64,000 bases of DNA from Bacteroidia bacterium (GCA_007695305.1 REEA01000064.1:6-64005); one strand, 5' to 3'; positions 26,491-37,397 are shown, numbered from the stretch's first letter. Numbers and translations: made by a program. The notes: generated from the letters alone by a model not told the origin.

Positions 26491-28575
26491 TTAATAGGAC
26501 CCGCTTCTTTTTCTCACAAACCATTCGACGGTTAAAAGCAGCAGCATGATAAAGAAAAGGGCTTTTACATTGATGATCTCTGAAAACTCTTTCTGGTCAT
26601 AAAGTCTTGGGCGGATATCGGCCCTTTCGCTGATATGGTTTTGCAATGCTTCCCATTGTCCGGGGTAAAACATGGCAGCATTTGTTCCGGCAGCCATTTG
26701 AAACAACAGGCTATGGTCGGCGATTGTGCGCAGGCCTTCCAGATCCAGCTCAGCTACGTTAAAGATACCCTGATCGGTAAACGTTTCCTCACCGACGTTG
26801 ACGCGCGCCTGCCAGGTATATTCACCCGGCGGGAAGTTTCCTGCATTCAGACGGTATGCGTTGGCTGTTCGCCCCATGATATAGGGATATTCCACGCCCT
26901 CCTTATCGCTGACAAAGAGTTGCACTTCCGGCTCATTGATCAATTCAAAACTCCGGTTATACAATTCGGCCTCGAAAACAACGGCTTCATTTTCATAAAC
27001 AATATGTTCTGTGCTTACGCGGAATAACCTCCTGTCTTCCTGGATGGACAGGTATTGTATCATCCTTGATATCAATTCATCCACAGGTCGATGATCGTTC
27101 CTGCGCATGAAGCTGTGCAACCTCCACCGCCAGATTCCCTCCCCTGTAATGACCCCGGTTCTGTGGCCACCAATATCGGCAAACATGATCAGAGGCTGTT
27201 CGGTTGGTACAGCACCAATTTTTTGGTACAACAATACGTGCCCTGCTCCTGAAATATTATAATTGCCAAATGGGGAATACAGGGGCGGTAAGATATCCAG
27301 CAGGGTTGTGGACATTTCGGGCAGCGAAAACAATACAAAGGCCTGGTTAAAGAGAGGCAGTGTTTCTGTCAGCTCGCCGGTGCGCGGTTGTATTTCCAGT
27401 CCTGTGGCAATGCGGTTAAACGCCGTCAGATTGGTCTGTTTGCCGATGACAAACATAAAAGCGGTGGATGCCCGGTCAGCCTGTTCAAGCACCGCAAGCC
27501 GGGGATGCTGATCAGAGGGTAACTGATGCATGATCACCAGGTCATAGGCTTCTATACTCCCGGAGAAATCAGCCATGAGCGATACCTCGGCCTCAAAATG
27601 GTCGTTGTTTGTAATGGCTGACTTCAGGGCGCCCACATCGGGATGGGGGCTGTTGGCCAGAATAAGCACCTTTTGCCTGCCGTCAATTACATCAATAAAG
27701 AAATCACGATGGTTATTTTCCAGGCTTACCTCTTCCGGGAGGGGTGAAAGCTCTGCACGGTATTGTTGCATGCCCGGTTCATCTGCTTCCAGGTGCAGGG
27801 AAATGATCTGAATGTGCTGATCCGATTCAAATGTGATATTCTCGCCAAAGAGTTCTTCACCGTTACGGCTAACGGTCAAACGGCTTGTCATACCCCGGCT
27901 TTCCACGGCTTCAATCTCGATTTCCAGAGGAAAGCGGTTCCCCAGGTATGTGATTTGGTTGTGATTGACCCCTTTCAGTATCAGATCCCTGCGTGGAACA
28001 GTGTCGCCGAGAGCCAGCGTATAAAGTGGGTAATTCACATTGGCGGCTGCATACAAGGGGTTTATACCGCGGTTAAAGATACCGTCCCCGGCCAGGATCA
28101 CCGCACCGATATTGCGGTTGCTATAGCGTACTTCCATTTCCCCAAACACTTCCGACATGTTGGTAACACGGTCGGTAAAGTCGATGGGACCATCCTGGGT
28201 CACAGATTCGCCAAAGGTGTATAAACGTGTTTGAAACCTGTCTGACATATCATTCATAAATTCATTCAATGCCGGCAGATAATGGTCTTGATAAAAGATG
28301 GAATCTTCTGCCATCAAAAGGGAGGACGAATTGTCCTGTAAAAAAATCAACAGTGGTTGTTCCACATGCTGTGTGCGTCTTTCAATGAGGGGTGCCAGCA
28401 GCAGAAATGCAAGAACAGTGACCACTATAAATCGGAAGACTGCCAGGATACGCCGGAGCAGCGGATGAAATTCCGTTTTGCTCCTGTAATAGAGCAAGCC
28501 GCTATAGAGAAGACCACACAAGATGCAGAGAATGATCATCCAGGAGGGGTAATCAAATAGAATATTCACATTCAT
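26491..28575 (-). CDS. vWA-domain membrane protein
   Basis: N- and C-terminal TMs, MIDAS-like 'DNSSS...T...DG', C-terminal 'EWFVRK'; start uncertain. Confidence 0.7.
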   Translation of the reverse strand: MNVNILFDYPSWMIILCILCGLLYSGLLYYRSKTEFHPLLRRILAVFRFIVVTVLAFLLLAPLIERRTQHVEQPLLIFLQDNSSSLLMAEDSIFYQDHYLPALNEFMNDMSDRFQTRLYTFGESVTQDGPIDFTDRVTNMSEVFGEMEVRYSNRNIGAVILAGDGIFNRGINPLYAAANVNYPLYTLALGDTVPRRDLILKGVNHNQITYLGNRFPLEIEIEAVESRGMTSRLTVSRNGEELFGENITFESDQHIQIISLHLEADEPGMQQYRAELSPLPEEVSLENNHRDFFIDVIDGRQKVLILANSPHPDVGALKSAITNNDHFEAEVSLMADFSGSIEAYDLVIMHQLPSDQHPRLAVLEQADRASTAFMFVIGKQTNLTAFNRIATGLEIQPRTGELTETLPLFNQAFVLFSLPEMSTTLLDILPPLYSPFGNYNISGAGHVLLYQKIGAVPTEQPLIMFADIGGHRTGVITGEGIWRWRLHSFMRRNDHRPVDELISRMIQYLSIQEDRRLFRVSTEHIVYENEAVVFEAELYNRSFELINEPEVQLFVSDKEGVEYPYIMGRTANAYRLNAGNFPPGEYTWQARVNVGEETFTDQGIFNVAELDLEGLRTIADHSLLFQMAAGTNAAMFYPGQWEALQNHISERADIRPRLYDQKEFSEIINVKALFFIMLLLLTVEWFVRKRSGSY

Positions 28576-28742
28576 AATAAAATCAATATCAGAAACATTA
28601 ACACTTGCAAGCATTTGCAAATATGTGCAAAGATACTGCTTATTGAGCAGTGTACAAACCGGGATGAATGCACGCCGGGCGTTGATCTGTTATCCGGGAG
28701 ACAGGATCATGCGGCATGCAGCACTTTAGTCCGGTCACAATA

Positions 28743-28785
28743 TAAAAAACCATCTGCCTGTAATAACGGGCAGATGGTTGGTTTT
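28743..28785 (-). terminator. Rho-independent terminator after floA
   Basis: AACCATCTGCC/GGCAGATGGTT stem with an A-run on the left (T-run on the minus strand). Confidence 0.8.
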
Positions 28786-28801
28786 CATATATCCCCAGCT
28801 A

Positions 28802-29812
28802 TTATTTGGATGTGCTGTCGGGGGATTTACCCTTGCTGGTGGATTGTCCGCCGGGACGTCCGATCTGGTCTCTCATGGAGGTATCGGCTTTGATGTTTTC
28901 CATACGATAGTAGTCCATGATACCCAGGTTTCCGCTTCTGAACGATTCTGAGATTGCTTTTGGAATTTCTGCCTCGGCCTGAATCACGTTGGCTCTTGCT
29001 TCCTGGGCTTTGGCTTTCATCTCCTGTTCTGCGGCAACGGCCATGGCGCGGCGTTCTTCGGCCTTGGCCTGCGCGATATTTTTATCGGCATTGGCCTGGT
29101 CGATCTGCAGCATGGCGCCGATGTTCTTACCTACATCGATATCGGCGATGTCGATGGAGAGAATTTCGTAGGCAGTACCAGAGTCAAGTCCTTTGGAAAG
29201 AACCACCTTGGAAATGCTGTCAGGGTTTTCAAGTACTTGCTTGTGGTGTTGTGCCGAACCAATGGAGGTAACGATACCTTCACCAACCCTTGCCAGGATT
29301 GTTTCTTCGCCGGCACCACCGACCAGCTGTTTGATATTGGCGCGCAGTGTTACCCTGGCTTTGGCAATCAGCTGGATACCGTCTTTGGCCACGGCAGCCA
29401 CAGGAGGGGTGTTGATCACTTTCGGTTTTACCGACATCTGCACCGCTTCCAAAACGTCACGGCCGGCAAGGTCAATGGCTGTGGCTGTTTTAAAATCAAG
29501 CGGAATATTCGCTTTATCGGCACTAATGAGAGCATTGACAACGGCTTTTACCCGTCCTCCTGCCAGGTAGTGTGCTTCCAGATCATTACGGTTTAAGGTA
29601 AGACCTGCTTTGGTTGCCGAAATGAGGTTGTTCACAATGACCGCCGGCGGAATTTTACGCCAACGCATCAAAACAAGCTGAAGGAGACTGATTCGCACAC
29701 CCGAAACCAGTGCTGAGAACCAGAGACCCACAGGTATAAAGTAAAAAATAACCCATAACGCCACAATACTCACGAGGGCTATGGCAATGATGACTCCAAT
29801 GTTTTGCTCCAT
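28802..29812 (-). CDS. floA: flotillin-like protein FloA (UPF0365)
   Basis: 'LEAHYLAGG', 'AIDLAGRDV', '[19 protein letters not shown]'. Confidence 0.93.
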   Translation of the reverse strand: MEQNIGVIIAIALVSIVALWVIFYFIPVGLWFSALVSGVRISLLQLVLMRWRKIPPAVIVNNLISATKAGLTLNRNDLEAHYLAGGRVKAVVNALISADKANIPLDFKTATAIDLAGRDVLEAVQMSVKPKVINTPPVAAVAKDGIQLIAKARVTLRANIKQLVGGAGEETILARVGEGIVTSIGSAQHHKQVLENPDSISKVVLSKGLDSGTAYEILSIDIADIDVGKNIGAMLQIDQANADKNIAQAKAEERRAMAVAAEQEMKAKAQEARANVIQAEAEIPKAISESFRSGNLGIMDYYRMENIKADTSMRDQIGRPGGQSTSKGKSPDSTSK

Positions 29813-29814
29813 GT

Positions 29815-30285
29815 TTATACTTCTTTAGATTTGACAATAATTTTATTTCCTTCTACTTTGATGACCACGATGGGTGAGTTTTCCGGGATAAGGTTATCAT
29901 TTGACTTCACCTCATAATACTCATCCTTAATGAGTGCTTTCCCCATGGGGTTTAAACGGGTGATGGCAATACCTTCGTCGCCTTTGATCACTTTATCGGC
30001 TTCAACAACATTTACCCTGCTATCAATGGCTGAGCTGTGCATGGCCTTTTTCCATGTATTGGAACGCAAGGCAATGGTCAGGGCGACTACACTGACCACC
30101 AGTGTTCCAATCAGGGTCATGATACCGATTTCTGTACCGTATTGGTTAAACGAAACCACAACACCGGCTATTACCAGACCAACTCCAAAAAGGCCAACAA
30201 CTGTTGCGCCCGGCACCACCAATATCTCAAGAAGCAGGAAAACAATTCCCACCACTATTAAACTCAAAACAATCAACCACACCAT
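29815..30285 (-). CDS. short NfeD family protein
   Basis: Three TMs plus an OB-fold ('T.L.PMGK','[11 protein letters not shown]'), directly upstream of floA. Confidence 0.85.
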   Translation of the reverse strand: MVWLIVLSLIVVGIVFLLLEILVVPGATVVGLFGVGLVIAGVVVSFNQYGTEIGIMTLIGTLVVSVVALTIALRSNTWKKAMHSSAIDSRVNVVEADKVIKGDEGIAITRLNPMGKALIKDEYYEVKSNDNLIPENSPIVVIKVEGNKIIVKSKEV

Positions 30286-30358
30286 TTGTTTGCTTTTTTG
30301 GTTCTTTTACAGTATTCTGCAGGTAATTGCTGATGATCATCATCGCCTGCCGGCTTCA

Positions 30359-31144
30359 TTATGGATTGTAATAATTCATTGCTGTTGGTAAAAATTCCCT
30401 GGCTGCATTTACCCTTGCCTGGTTGGATGGGTGCGTACTCAAAAACTGGGGAATATCGGGCCCGCTGGAGTAAGCCATCATCCGCTCCCAGAATGTGATG
30501 GTATGATTTGGGTTGTATCCTGCCATGGCCATGAAAATCATCCCCAGTGCATCGGCTTCATATTCATGCTGACGACTGTAGGCAAGGGATCCTAGCGTTC
30601 CTCCCACTCCGAATGCCAGCATAAAGATATCTCTTGTTTCCTGGGGTCTTTCACGGAGTGCTACATCCAGACTGATGGCTCCCATGGTCAGCAGCAGTTG
30701 CTGGCTCATGCGTTCGTTACCATGACGGGCAATGACGTGAGCGATTTCATGCGCCATAACCACAGCCAGTCCGTTTTCGTCCTGGGTAAGGTCCAGGATT
30801 CCTGTATAAATGGCTATTTTTCCCCCGGGCATTGCCCAGGCATTGACCTGTTCACTATCCACCAGGTTAAACTGCCAGTCAAAATCCTGTACACGACGTG
30901 CCTCGCCGGACTCCCGTAAATACTGCACCACGGCATTGGATATTTTTTCGCCGGATCGCTGAACCATTTGCGCCCGTGGGTCACTAGAGGGAACAACCTG
31001 ATGTTGATCCATAAAGCCCTGATAATTTGCTGCAGCCATCTCGCTCAGCAAACCCTCGGGAAGCATCCTCACCTGCCGCCTGCCTGTCAGGGGAACACTG
31101 CCACATGCAGTCCAGAGAAGAGCTGTCACCAATAAAAAAACCAT
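30359..31144 (-). CDS. M48 family metallopeptidase lipoprotein (LoiP/YggG-like)
   Basis: 'TAC' lipobox, 'TGR.Q', 'NAWAMPGG', 'AHEIAH', 'FLSTHP'; start uncertain. Confidence 0.9.
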   Translation of the reverse strand: MVFLLVTALLWTACGSVPLTGRRQVRMLPEGLLSEMAAANYQGFMDQHQVVPSSDPRAQMVQRSGEKISNAVVQYLRESGEARRVQDFDWQFNLVDSEQVNAWAMPGGKIAIYTGILDLTQDENGLAVVMAHEIAHVIARHGNERMSQQLLLTMGAISLDVALRERPQETRDIFMLAFGVGGTLGSLAYSRQHEYEADALGMIFMAMAGYNPNHTITFWERMMAYSSGPDIPQFLSTHPSNQARVNAAREFLPTAMNYYNP

Positions 31145-31286
31145 TCGGGATGTTCTCACTTCCAAAAAATTTAATGAATGATTGTAGTTCAAATTATTTT
31201 TAACAAAAATAACCAAAAATTTGAATAAATTTTCAGAAACTTTTCATGCCATGAACGGTCTCTTACAGATTTACTTCCCTGATCCG

Positions 31287-31937
31287 TTATTTTTTTTTGC
31301 TGAATGATATCCTGTTTTCGGCACCCTTCATCAAACGTCTGATGTTATTGATATGCGTGATGGGAACAAAAATCGCGATGGCGATGGCAAAAATCACTTT
31401 TGGAAGGATGGTGACATCCTTTACCCAGATGACGATGACCGGTAATGCAATGGCTGCGGAGAGGGATCCCAGGGATACATACCTGGTTGTAAGAAATAAC
31501 AGGAGAAAGATGGCCAGACAAATGAGAAAAGCTTCAGGAAACAGGATGAAGGTGATTCCCACCAGGGTAGCGATTCCTTTCCCGCCTTTAAATCCGGCAA
31601 AAACAGGAAAGACATGCCCCACGATGGCCATGGCGCCCAGAAACATCTGAAAAATGATAAACCATTCTACCGTTTTAAAGGATTCGTCAGGTAAAACGGA
31701 GGCCAGGCTAACAGCAGCTATTCCTTTCATTGCATCGATGACCAGTACGATAATGGCAATTTTGGTTCCCAGTACACGCATGGCGTTGGTTGCACCGGCA
31801 TTACCACTGCCGTGTTCACGAACATCCAGCCCCCGAAACCATTTGCCAATCCACACGGCCGTGGGAAGCGACCCGAGCAAATAGGCCAATATGACCAGCA
31901 TAATCATTGTCAGATAAATGTTCAGTGTTTGCTCCAT
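31287..31937 (-). CDS. plsY: glycerol-3-phosphate acyltransferase
   Basis: 'GSGNAGATN', 'GHVFP', 'FKGGKG', 'H..NI.RL'. Confidence 0.95.
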   Translation of the reverse strand: MEQTLNIYLTMIMLVILAYLLGSLPTAVWIGKWFRGLDVREHGSGNAGATNAMRVLGTKIAIIVLVIDAMKGIAAVSLASVLPDESFKTVEWFIIFQMFLGAMAIVGHVFPVFAGFKGGKGIATLVGITFILFPEAFLICLAIFLLLFLTTRYVSLGSLSAAIALPVIVIWVKDVTILPKVIFAIAIAIFVPITHINNIRRLMKGAENRISFSKKK

Positions 31938-31940
31938 CTC

Positions 31941-32780
31941 CTATGGTTTTAAAAATTTCAGGGAAACCCAGTCATTACTCCTTTTCTCACCACCGGGCAT
32001 CAACCCAAGTTTCGTTGCCCCGTCAAAGATATGGTCTTTATCGAAAGAAAGAAAGCCACTCAACAACAACACACCTCCGCGATTCAATACCTTGTTGTAA
32101 GCCGGCATATCGTCAAGTAAAACATTGCGTGTGATGTTGGCAATAATCACATCATAATGATCATCCACAAGCAAATCGGCATCTCCATGCAGGATAAGCA
32201 TGTTCTCAATGCCATTCCGCGCAACATTTTCCATGGTATTCTCCCATGCATAGAGATAATTATCAATGGCTGTAACCCTTTTGGCTCCCATTTTTGCCGC
32301 CAGTATCGCCAGCACACCCGTACCACAGCCCATATCCAGCACGGTTTTGTTTTCGAATTCAGATTCCAGCATCCACTCAACAACGAGGGTAGTTGTTTCA
32401 TGATGTCCGGTTCCAAACGACATTTTGGGTTCAATGATTATCTCATACTCTATGTCATCCATTGCAGAATGGAAAGGAGCTCTGATGAGGCAGCGACCGG
32501 CTATGAGCACCGGTTCGAAATTACTTTCCCAAACCGCGTTCCAGTTTTGCCCTCCCAATTGCTGAACCCCATACGTGCATTGCACGTGTCCACCACTCTG
32601 CAACTCATTGATGCACTCAATCAGTGCATCCTCTTCAAAGTCAGCAGCAGGGATATATGCCCTGAAACCATCAGGTTCTTCAGCAAAGCTTTCAAAACCC
32701 AATTCTGCAAATTCTGCAATAAAAATATCTCTCCATGGTTCCGGAGGCTCCAGCCTGCAACGAATCTCCACATATTCCAT
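31941..32780 (-). CDS. prmA: ribosomal protein L11 methyltransferase
   Basis: 'EPKMSFGTGHHETT', 'LDMGCGTG'. Confidence 0.95.
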   Translation of the reverse strand: MEYVEIRCRLEPPEPWRDIFIAEFAELGFESFAEEPDGFRAYIPAADFEEDALIECINELQSGGHVQCTYGVQQLGGQNWNAVWESNFEPVLIAGRCLIRAPFHSAMDDIEYEIIIEPKMSFGTGHHETTTLVVEWMLESEFENKTVLDMGCGTGVLAILAAKMGAKRVTAIDNYLYAWENTMENVARNGIENMLILHGDADLLVDDHYDVIIANITRNVLLDDMPAYNKVLNRGGVLLLSGFLSFDKDHIFDGATKLGLMPGGEKRSNDWVSLKFLKP

Positions 32781-32819
32781 AACTTCCTTCCAAAATGGTG
32801 TTTATTGCAAAGGATTGGG

Positions 32820-33602
32820 TCAAAATGACTGAATGATCCGGAAAAAATCATCGGCCTTCAAAGAGGCTCCTCCGATCAACCCGCCGTCCACATCGGGCTG
32901 CGAAAACAATTCAGCAGCATTCTTCGCATTACAGCTGCCACCGTATAACAACGATGTCTGTTGGGCTATTGCTTCGCCATAAGTGTCTGACAACAGTTGC
33001 CGGATGTATGCATGCATCTCCTGCGCCTGTGCCGGCGTTGCAGTCACCCCTGTACCTATTGCCCATACCGGTTCATAGGCGACCACCACGCGGCCCAGCT
33101 GTGCCTTATCGAGCCAGAAAAGCCCCTTCTGAAGTTGATCTGCCACCACTTGAAAGTGATTGCCATTTTCACGCTCCGGAAGCATCTCACCACAACAAAA
33201 AACGGGCGTTAAACCATGTTTAAGAGCCTGTTTTACTTTTTCAGCCAGCAAAAGGTCAACCTCCCCGAACTGACTGCGTCTTTCCGAATGGCCTATAATT
33301 ACATGGGTGGCGCCCACAGAGCGGATCATATGTGCAGATACCTCTCCCGTAAATGCCCCATGGTCTTCATGATGGCAGTTTTGTGCCCCCACTGATAATC
33401 CCTGATAGTTTGGAAAAAGATCCAGAATCCGCGTGACATACACGTAAGGGGGAAAAAGGATTACTTCCGGAATTGACCTGTTATCGCCCACAAGTCCGGT
33501 TTTCAGCTGGTCAAGCTTCGCTTTCAATTCACCCGCAAGGCTCTTTGCCTCTTCCAGATTGAGATTCATTTTCCAGTTTCCGGCCACAATATTCTTTCTC
33601 AT
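32820..33602 (-). CDS. tpiA: triosephosphate isomerase
   Basis: 'AGNWKM', 'GHSERR', 'AYEPVWAIGTG', 'YGGS'. Confidence 0.98.
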   Translation of the reverse strand: MRKNIVAGNWKMNLNLEEAKSLAGELKAKLDQLKTGLVGDNRSIPEVILFPPYVYVTRILDLFPNYQGLSVGAQNCHHEDHGAFTGEVSAHMIRSVGATHVIIGHSERRSQFGEVDLLLAEKVKQALKHGLTPVFCCGEMLPERENGNHFQVVADQLQKGLFWLDKAQLGRVVVAYEPVWAIGTGVTATPAQAQEMHAYIRQLLSDTYGEAIAQQTSLLYGGSCNAKNAAELFSQPDVDGGLIGGASLKADDFFRIIQSF

Positions 33603-33787
33603 TTATGCAAATTTTTATGAATGAAACAAAAAAAAATGATACGGATTTTGCAGGAACATCAACAAATGATCTCCATATTTGCCACGGCCAATTACACCTT
33701 TTTCTCAATATGTATGGCTTTGAGCCGTTGTAAGCATGGTGGGGTCACTTTCTTGCATTCCTGCACCAAATAAGTTGGATTTCTTTA

Positions 33788-33795
33788 CAAATATA
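33788..33795 (-). promoter_or_regulatory. sigma-A -7 element (TATATTTG) for tpiA-prmA-plsY
   Basis: TAnnTTTG on the minus strand about 185 nt upstream of the tpiA ATG. Confidence 0.45.
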
Positions 33796-33900
33796 GGAAA
33801 ACCTGCAGTTGTTATTGGTATAAAAACCTTAATTATCTGTTTTTGGGGACATCCTTTTTATTGACTGCTCCCGTGTATGGCCTGTAAACATGCACCATGA

Positions 33901-34977
33901 TTAACTTAGCCGGACCCGGGGATCGAGAATTGCATAGATGATATCTACTGCGATATTCACAAACACAAGCATGACGGATATTACCAGCAAGGCTCCCATT
34001 AACACCGGAAAATCGTAGTACTCAAGGGCATCCACGATCACAACTCCAATTCCTTTCCAATCGAAGACATACTCCACGAAAACAGCACCGGCCAGCAGGG
34101 AGGCGAACCAACCCGAAACAGCTGTTATTACCGGATTCAGGGCATTTTTTAGGGCATGGCGGGTGATCACCAAGTATTCAGGCAGTCCTTTTGCCCTTGC
34201 CGTACGGATATAATCCTGTGTCATAATATTGTTCAACGAGCTCCTGGTAAGTTCGGTGACAATAGCAAGGGGTCTGATGCCGAGGGTTAGTGCCGGCAGA
34301 ATCAGATTCTTCCAGGCAATATATTCTCCCCTCCCAAAATCATCCACTTCAAGTATGGAACCTGACATGTTTAAACCGGTATAGTCGCCAAGAAGGTATG
34401 CGAACACCCATGCGATGATGATGGCCGCAAAAAATGACGGCAGGGACATCCCCAGCACTGAAAAGATAAGTGTGCCGCGGCTAAGCCATGGCTTACGCTT
34501 CAATGCGATAAAAGTACCCAGGAAAACGCCCAGCAGCATGGCAAAGAGAATAGAGGTGCTTGCCAGCAGCAGAGTGTTGGGAAAGGCAGACCACAGGATG
34601 TCGTTTACGGAGCGGTCGCTTTGGTATGACCTGCGCAGGTAGGGTTTTTTCAATACAATACTGTATTCACCGGTACGCAGAAGCGGCATATAAGCGTATG
34701 CCCGTGGATCAAGATAGATAAGACTCTCTTCGGCAGCGTGTTTATGCAAACTCAGTGGAGAAATATCGTTGAGATAATGCAGGTATTGTTGATGTACAGG
34801 CCGATCAAGGCCGAGGTCTCTTCTGATGGCTTCCACAGAGCTTATATCAGCCCGCTGACCAAGCATCATACGTGCAGGATCACCCGGTAAAACGGTAAAT
34901 AAAAGAAAAACGAGGGTAAGTACTCCGAAAAGCACCCAGATTCCATACCATAACCGTTTTACAAGGAAGGTAAACAT
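33901..34977 (-). CDS. ABC transporter permease (DppB/OppB type)
   Basis: 'PGDPA', 'LILPALTL', EAA loop 'YIRTARAKGL'. Confidence 0.9.
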   Translation of the reverse strand: MFTFLVKRLWYGIWVLFGVLTLVFLLFTVLPGDPARMMLGQRADISSVEAIRRDLGLDRPVHQQYLHYLNDISPLSLHKHAAEESLIYLDPRAYAYMPLLRTGEYSIVLKKPYLRRSYQSDRSVNDILWSAFPNTLLLASTSILFAMLLGVFLGTFIALKRKPWLSRGTLIFSVLGMSLPSFFAAIIIAWVFAYLLGDYTGLNMSGSILEVDDFGRGEYIAWKNLILPALTLGIRPLAIVTELTRSSLNNIMTQDYIRTARAKGLPEYLVITRHALKNALNPVITAVSGWFASLLAGAVFVEYVFDWKGIGVVIVDALEYYDFPVLMGALLVISVMLVFVNIAVDIIYAILDPRVRLS

Positions 34978-35028
34978 GATAGTATTTGTTAGCAATTGTA
35001 TTACAGGAATAACAGCAGGTTTTTCCTG

Positions 35029-35592
35029 CTATTTCTCTGCTCCTTCCAGTTCCAGTTTAATCAGGGCAAACACCGCGTAATTCACGATGTCGAAATAATT
35101 GGCATCAATTCCCTCAGAGTGTACAGCCTGCCCTTCGTTGTCTTCTATTTGCTTGATCCGAAGCAACTTCATGAGTATGATATCCACCAGCGACGACACG
35201 CGCATATCACGCCAGGCTTCTCCGTAATCGTGATTTTTGTCGTGCATCAGCCTGCGTGCCCTTTCAAAATAGTCGTTGTAATACCTGGTGGCTTCCGTCT
35301 GATCAAGGTCAATTACGTCACTTGGCCCCAGTTCCAATTGTATAAGTCCGATGATGGCATAATTAACAATACCGATGAATTCCGGTGTAATGCCTTCAAG
35401 TATTTTTTGCGTACCTTTGCGCTGCAGGGAACGGATTCGCTGGGCTTTGATGTAAATCTGGTCGGTCAGTGACGATGGTCTCAAAATGCGCCATGCGCTG
35501 CCATAATCCTGCATCTTTTTTTGAAAAACATCCCGGCATATCTCAACGATTTGGGAATATTGCTGATCTGTGTTGCTTTCTTGGCCCATCAT
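35029..35592 (-). CDS. DUF1599 domain protein
   Basis: Duplicated 'K..DYG.AWR' motifs; divergent from folP as is usual in Bacteroidota. Confidence 0.85.
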   Translation of the reverse strand: MMGQESNTDQQYSQIVEICRDVFQKKMQDYGSAWRILRPSSLTDQIYIKAQRIRSLQRKGTQKILEGITPEFIGIVNYAIIGLIQLELGPSDVIDLDQTEATRYYNDYFERARRLMHDKNHDYGEAWRDMRVSSLVDIILMKLLRIKQIEDNEGQAVHSEGIDANYFDIVNYAVFALIKLELEGAEK

Positions 35593-35603
35593 TTGTAATG
35601 TTT

Positions 35604-36491
35604 ATGACTGATAATACCACTGGATCCCCCATTCGGAAAGAAACATTTTTTTGCCGGAAACGGACCCTTAACTGCCGTGGCAAAATTATAAATTTATCTT
35701 CACCTGTGGTGATGGGGATCATGAATATTACACCAGACTCATTTTATGACGGCGGGCGCCACACGCGTCCATGGGATGCCATCAAGCTGGCAGAGAAGTT
35801 GTTAGATGATGGGGCACATATTCTGGACATGGGTGCGGCATCCAGCCGGCCCGGAGCGGCTATGATCGATCCCGCCGAAGAGCAGGAACGATTGATGCCG
35901 GCCCTCAAGGCCGTATTAAAACAGTTTCCGGAAGCCATCATCTCCGTTGACACCTATCACGCAAGCACCGCAAGAATAGCCATAGATTCGGGAGCCCATA
36001 TGATCAACGACATCTCCGCGGGAAGTATGGATGATAACATGTTTCACACCGTTGCCCGGCTGCAGGTTCCCTATGTGATCATGCACATGCAGGGCAGGCC
36101 TGACAATATGCAAAAAAATCCGCGCTATAACCACCTGGTCAAAGAGGTAGCCGGCTTTTTCTCCGAAAGAATTAACAAACTCCGCGACCTGGGAGTTCAT
36201 GATATCGTGATTGATCCGGGATTTGGGTTTGGAAAAACCCTCGAACATAACTACCAACTGCTTGCAAACCTGGATTACTTTGCCATATTCGACCTCCCCG
36301 TTCTTGTGGGGTTTTCGCGCAAATCGATGATCAACAAAGTGTTGAACACCAGTCCGGACAAGGCGCTTAACGGTACCACAGTATTGAATACCATCGCGCT
36401 TCAGAAGGGAGCGGATATCTTGCGTGTGCATGATGCAAAAGAAGCACTGGAAGCAATAAAAATTTCCGGTTTTTTAAAAAAACAGCAATAA
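35604..36491 (+). CDS. folP: dihydropteroate synthase
   Basis: 'MGIMNITPDSF', 'SVDT', 'DPGFGFGK', 'SRKS', 'LRVHD'. Confidence 0.95.
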   Translation: MTDNTTGSPIRKETFFCRKRTLNCRGKIINLSSPVVMGIMNITPDSFYDGGRHTRPWDAIKLAEKLLDDGAHILDMGAASSRPGAAMIDPAEEQERLMPALKAVLKQFPEAIISVDTYHASTARIAIDSGAHMINDISAGSMDDNMFHTVARLQVPYVIMHMQGRPDNMQKNPRYNHLVKEVAGFFSERINKLRDLGVHDIVIDPGFGFGKTLEHNYQLLANLDYFAIFDLPVLVGFSRKSMINKVLNTSPDKALNGTTVLNTIALQKGADILRVHDAKEALEAIKISGFLKKQQ

Positions 36492-36526
36492 AGTAATTAT
36501 TTTTACCCTGCCGAAAATATCGTCTT

Positions 36527-37339
36527 ATGCATAATCTGTTCATAACAGGCTTTATTCAAATCCGGTTGCTGGATATTCTTGACATTGTCCTGGTGGCGAT
36601 ATTGCTATATCAGTTATATATTTTGATCCGGGGCACAGGTGCCATCAACATCTTTCTCGGCATTTTATCCATTTATATCATTTGGTGGCTGGTACGCATA
36701 TTTGAAATGGAAATGCTTACGGCCATACTTGGCCAGTTCATATCTGTTGGTGTATTGGCGCTGATCATCGTTTTCCAGCCGGAAATCAGGAAGTTCCTGT
36801 TAATCATAGGGAAAAAAAGCTTCCTGCACCGGCAGTCGCGGAGCAAATGGTTCAAGGGAATATGGCAGATAGAGAAGGACAAGGAATTAAATATCCCTGC
36901 CATTGTAAACTCCCTTGAAGCCCTTGCCGAACAAAAAACCGGAGCCCTCATTGTGATTACACAAAAGAATGAACTTGAATCCTTTATAGAGACAGGACAA
37001 CGCATCGATGCCGAAATTACAGAGCAACTCCTGGGATCCATCTTTTACAAAAACAGCCCATTGCACGACGGTGCAGTAATCATTTCTGATAATCGTATCC
37101 GTGCCGCACGCTGTGTGTTGCCTGTTTCGGAAATCCGCCGGATACCTTCCTCCCTGGGACTCCGGCACAGGGCAGCCATCGGAATCACTGAACAATCGGA
37201 TGCCATCGCACTGGTAGTCAGTGAGCAAACAGGCAAAATATCCTGGTCAAAAGGCGGTGAAATAAAAAGATTTATCAAACCACTACAGCTCAAAGAATTA
37301 CTTGCCAAAGAATACCTCGCTGCAGACAATGTAAAGTAA
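36527..37339 (+). CDS. cdaA: diadenylate cyclase (membrane DAC)
   Basis: Three TMs, 'FQPEIR', 'PLHDGA', 'GLRHRAA'. Confidence 0.93.
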   Translation: MHNLFITGFIQIRLLDILDIVLVAILLYQLYILIRGTGAINIFLGILSIYIIWWLVRIFEMEMLTAILGQFISVGVLALIIVFQPEIRKFLLIIGKKSFLHRQSRSKWFKGIWQIEKDKELNIPAIVNSLEALAEQKTGALIVITQKNELESFIETGQRIDAEITEQLLGSIFYKNSPLHDGAVIISDNRIRAARCVLPVSEIRRIPSSLGLRHRAAIGITEQSDAIALVVSEQTGKISWSKGGEIKRFIKPLQLKELLAKEYLAADNVK

Positions 37340-37397
37340 GCGCACGTAAGGGAGTCTGTCATCTTCATTTCAATGTATCATCAAAACAAAAAAATAC

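Noticed and set aside
28802-30285. nfeD-floA pair as a novel system
   Set aside because: Well-known conserved membrane-microdomain gene pair
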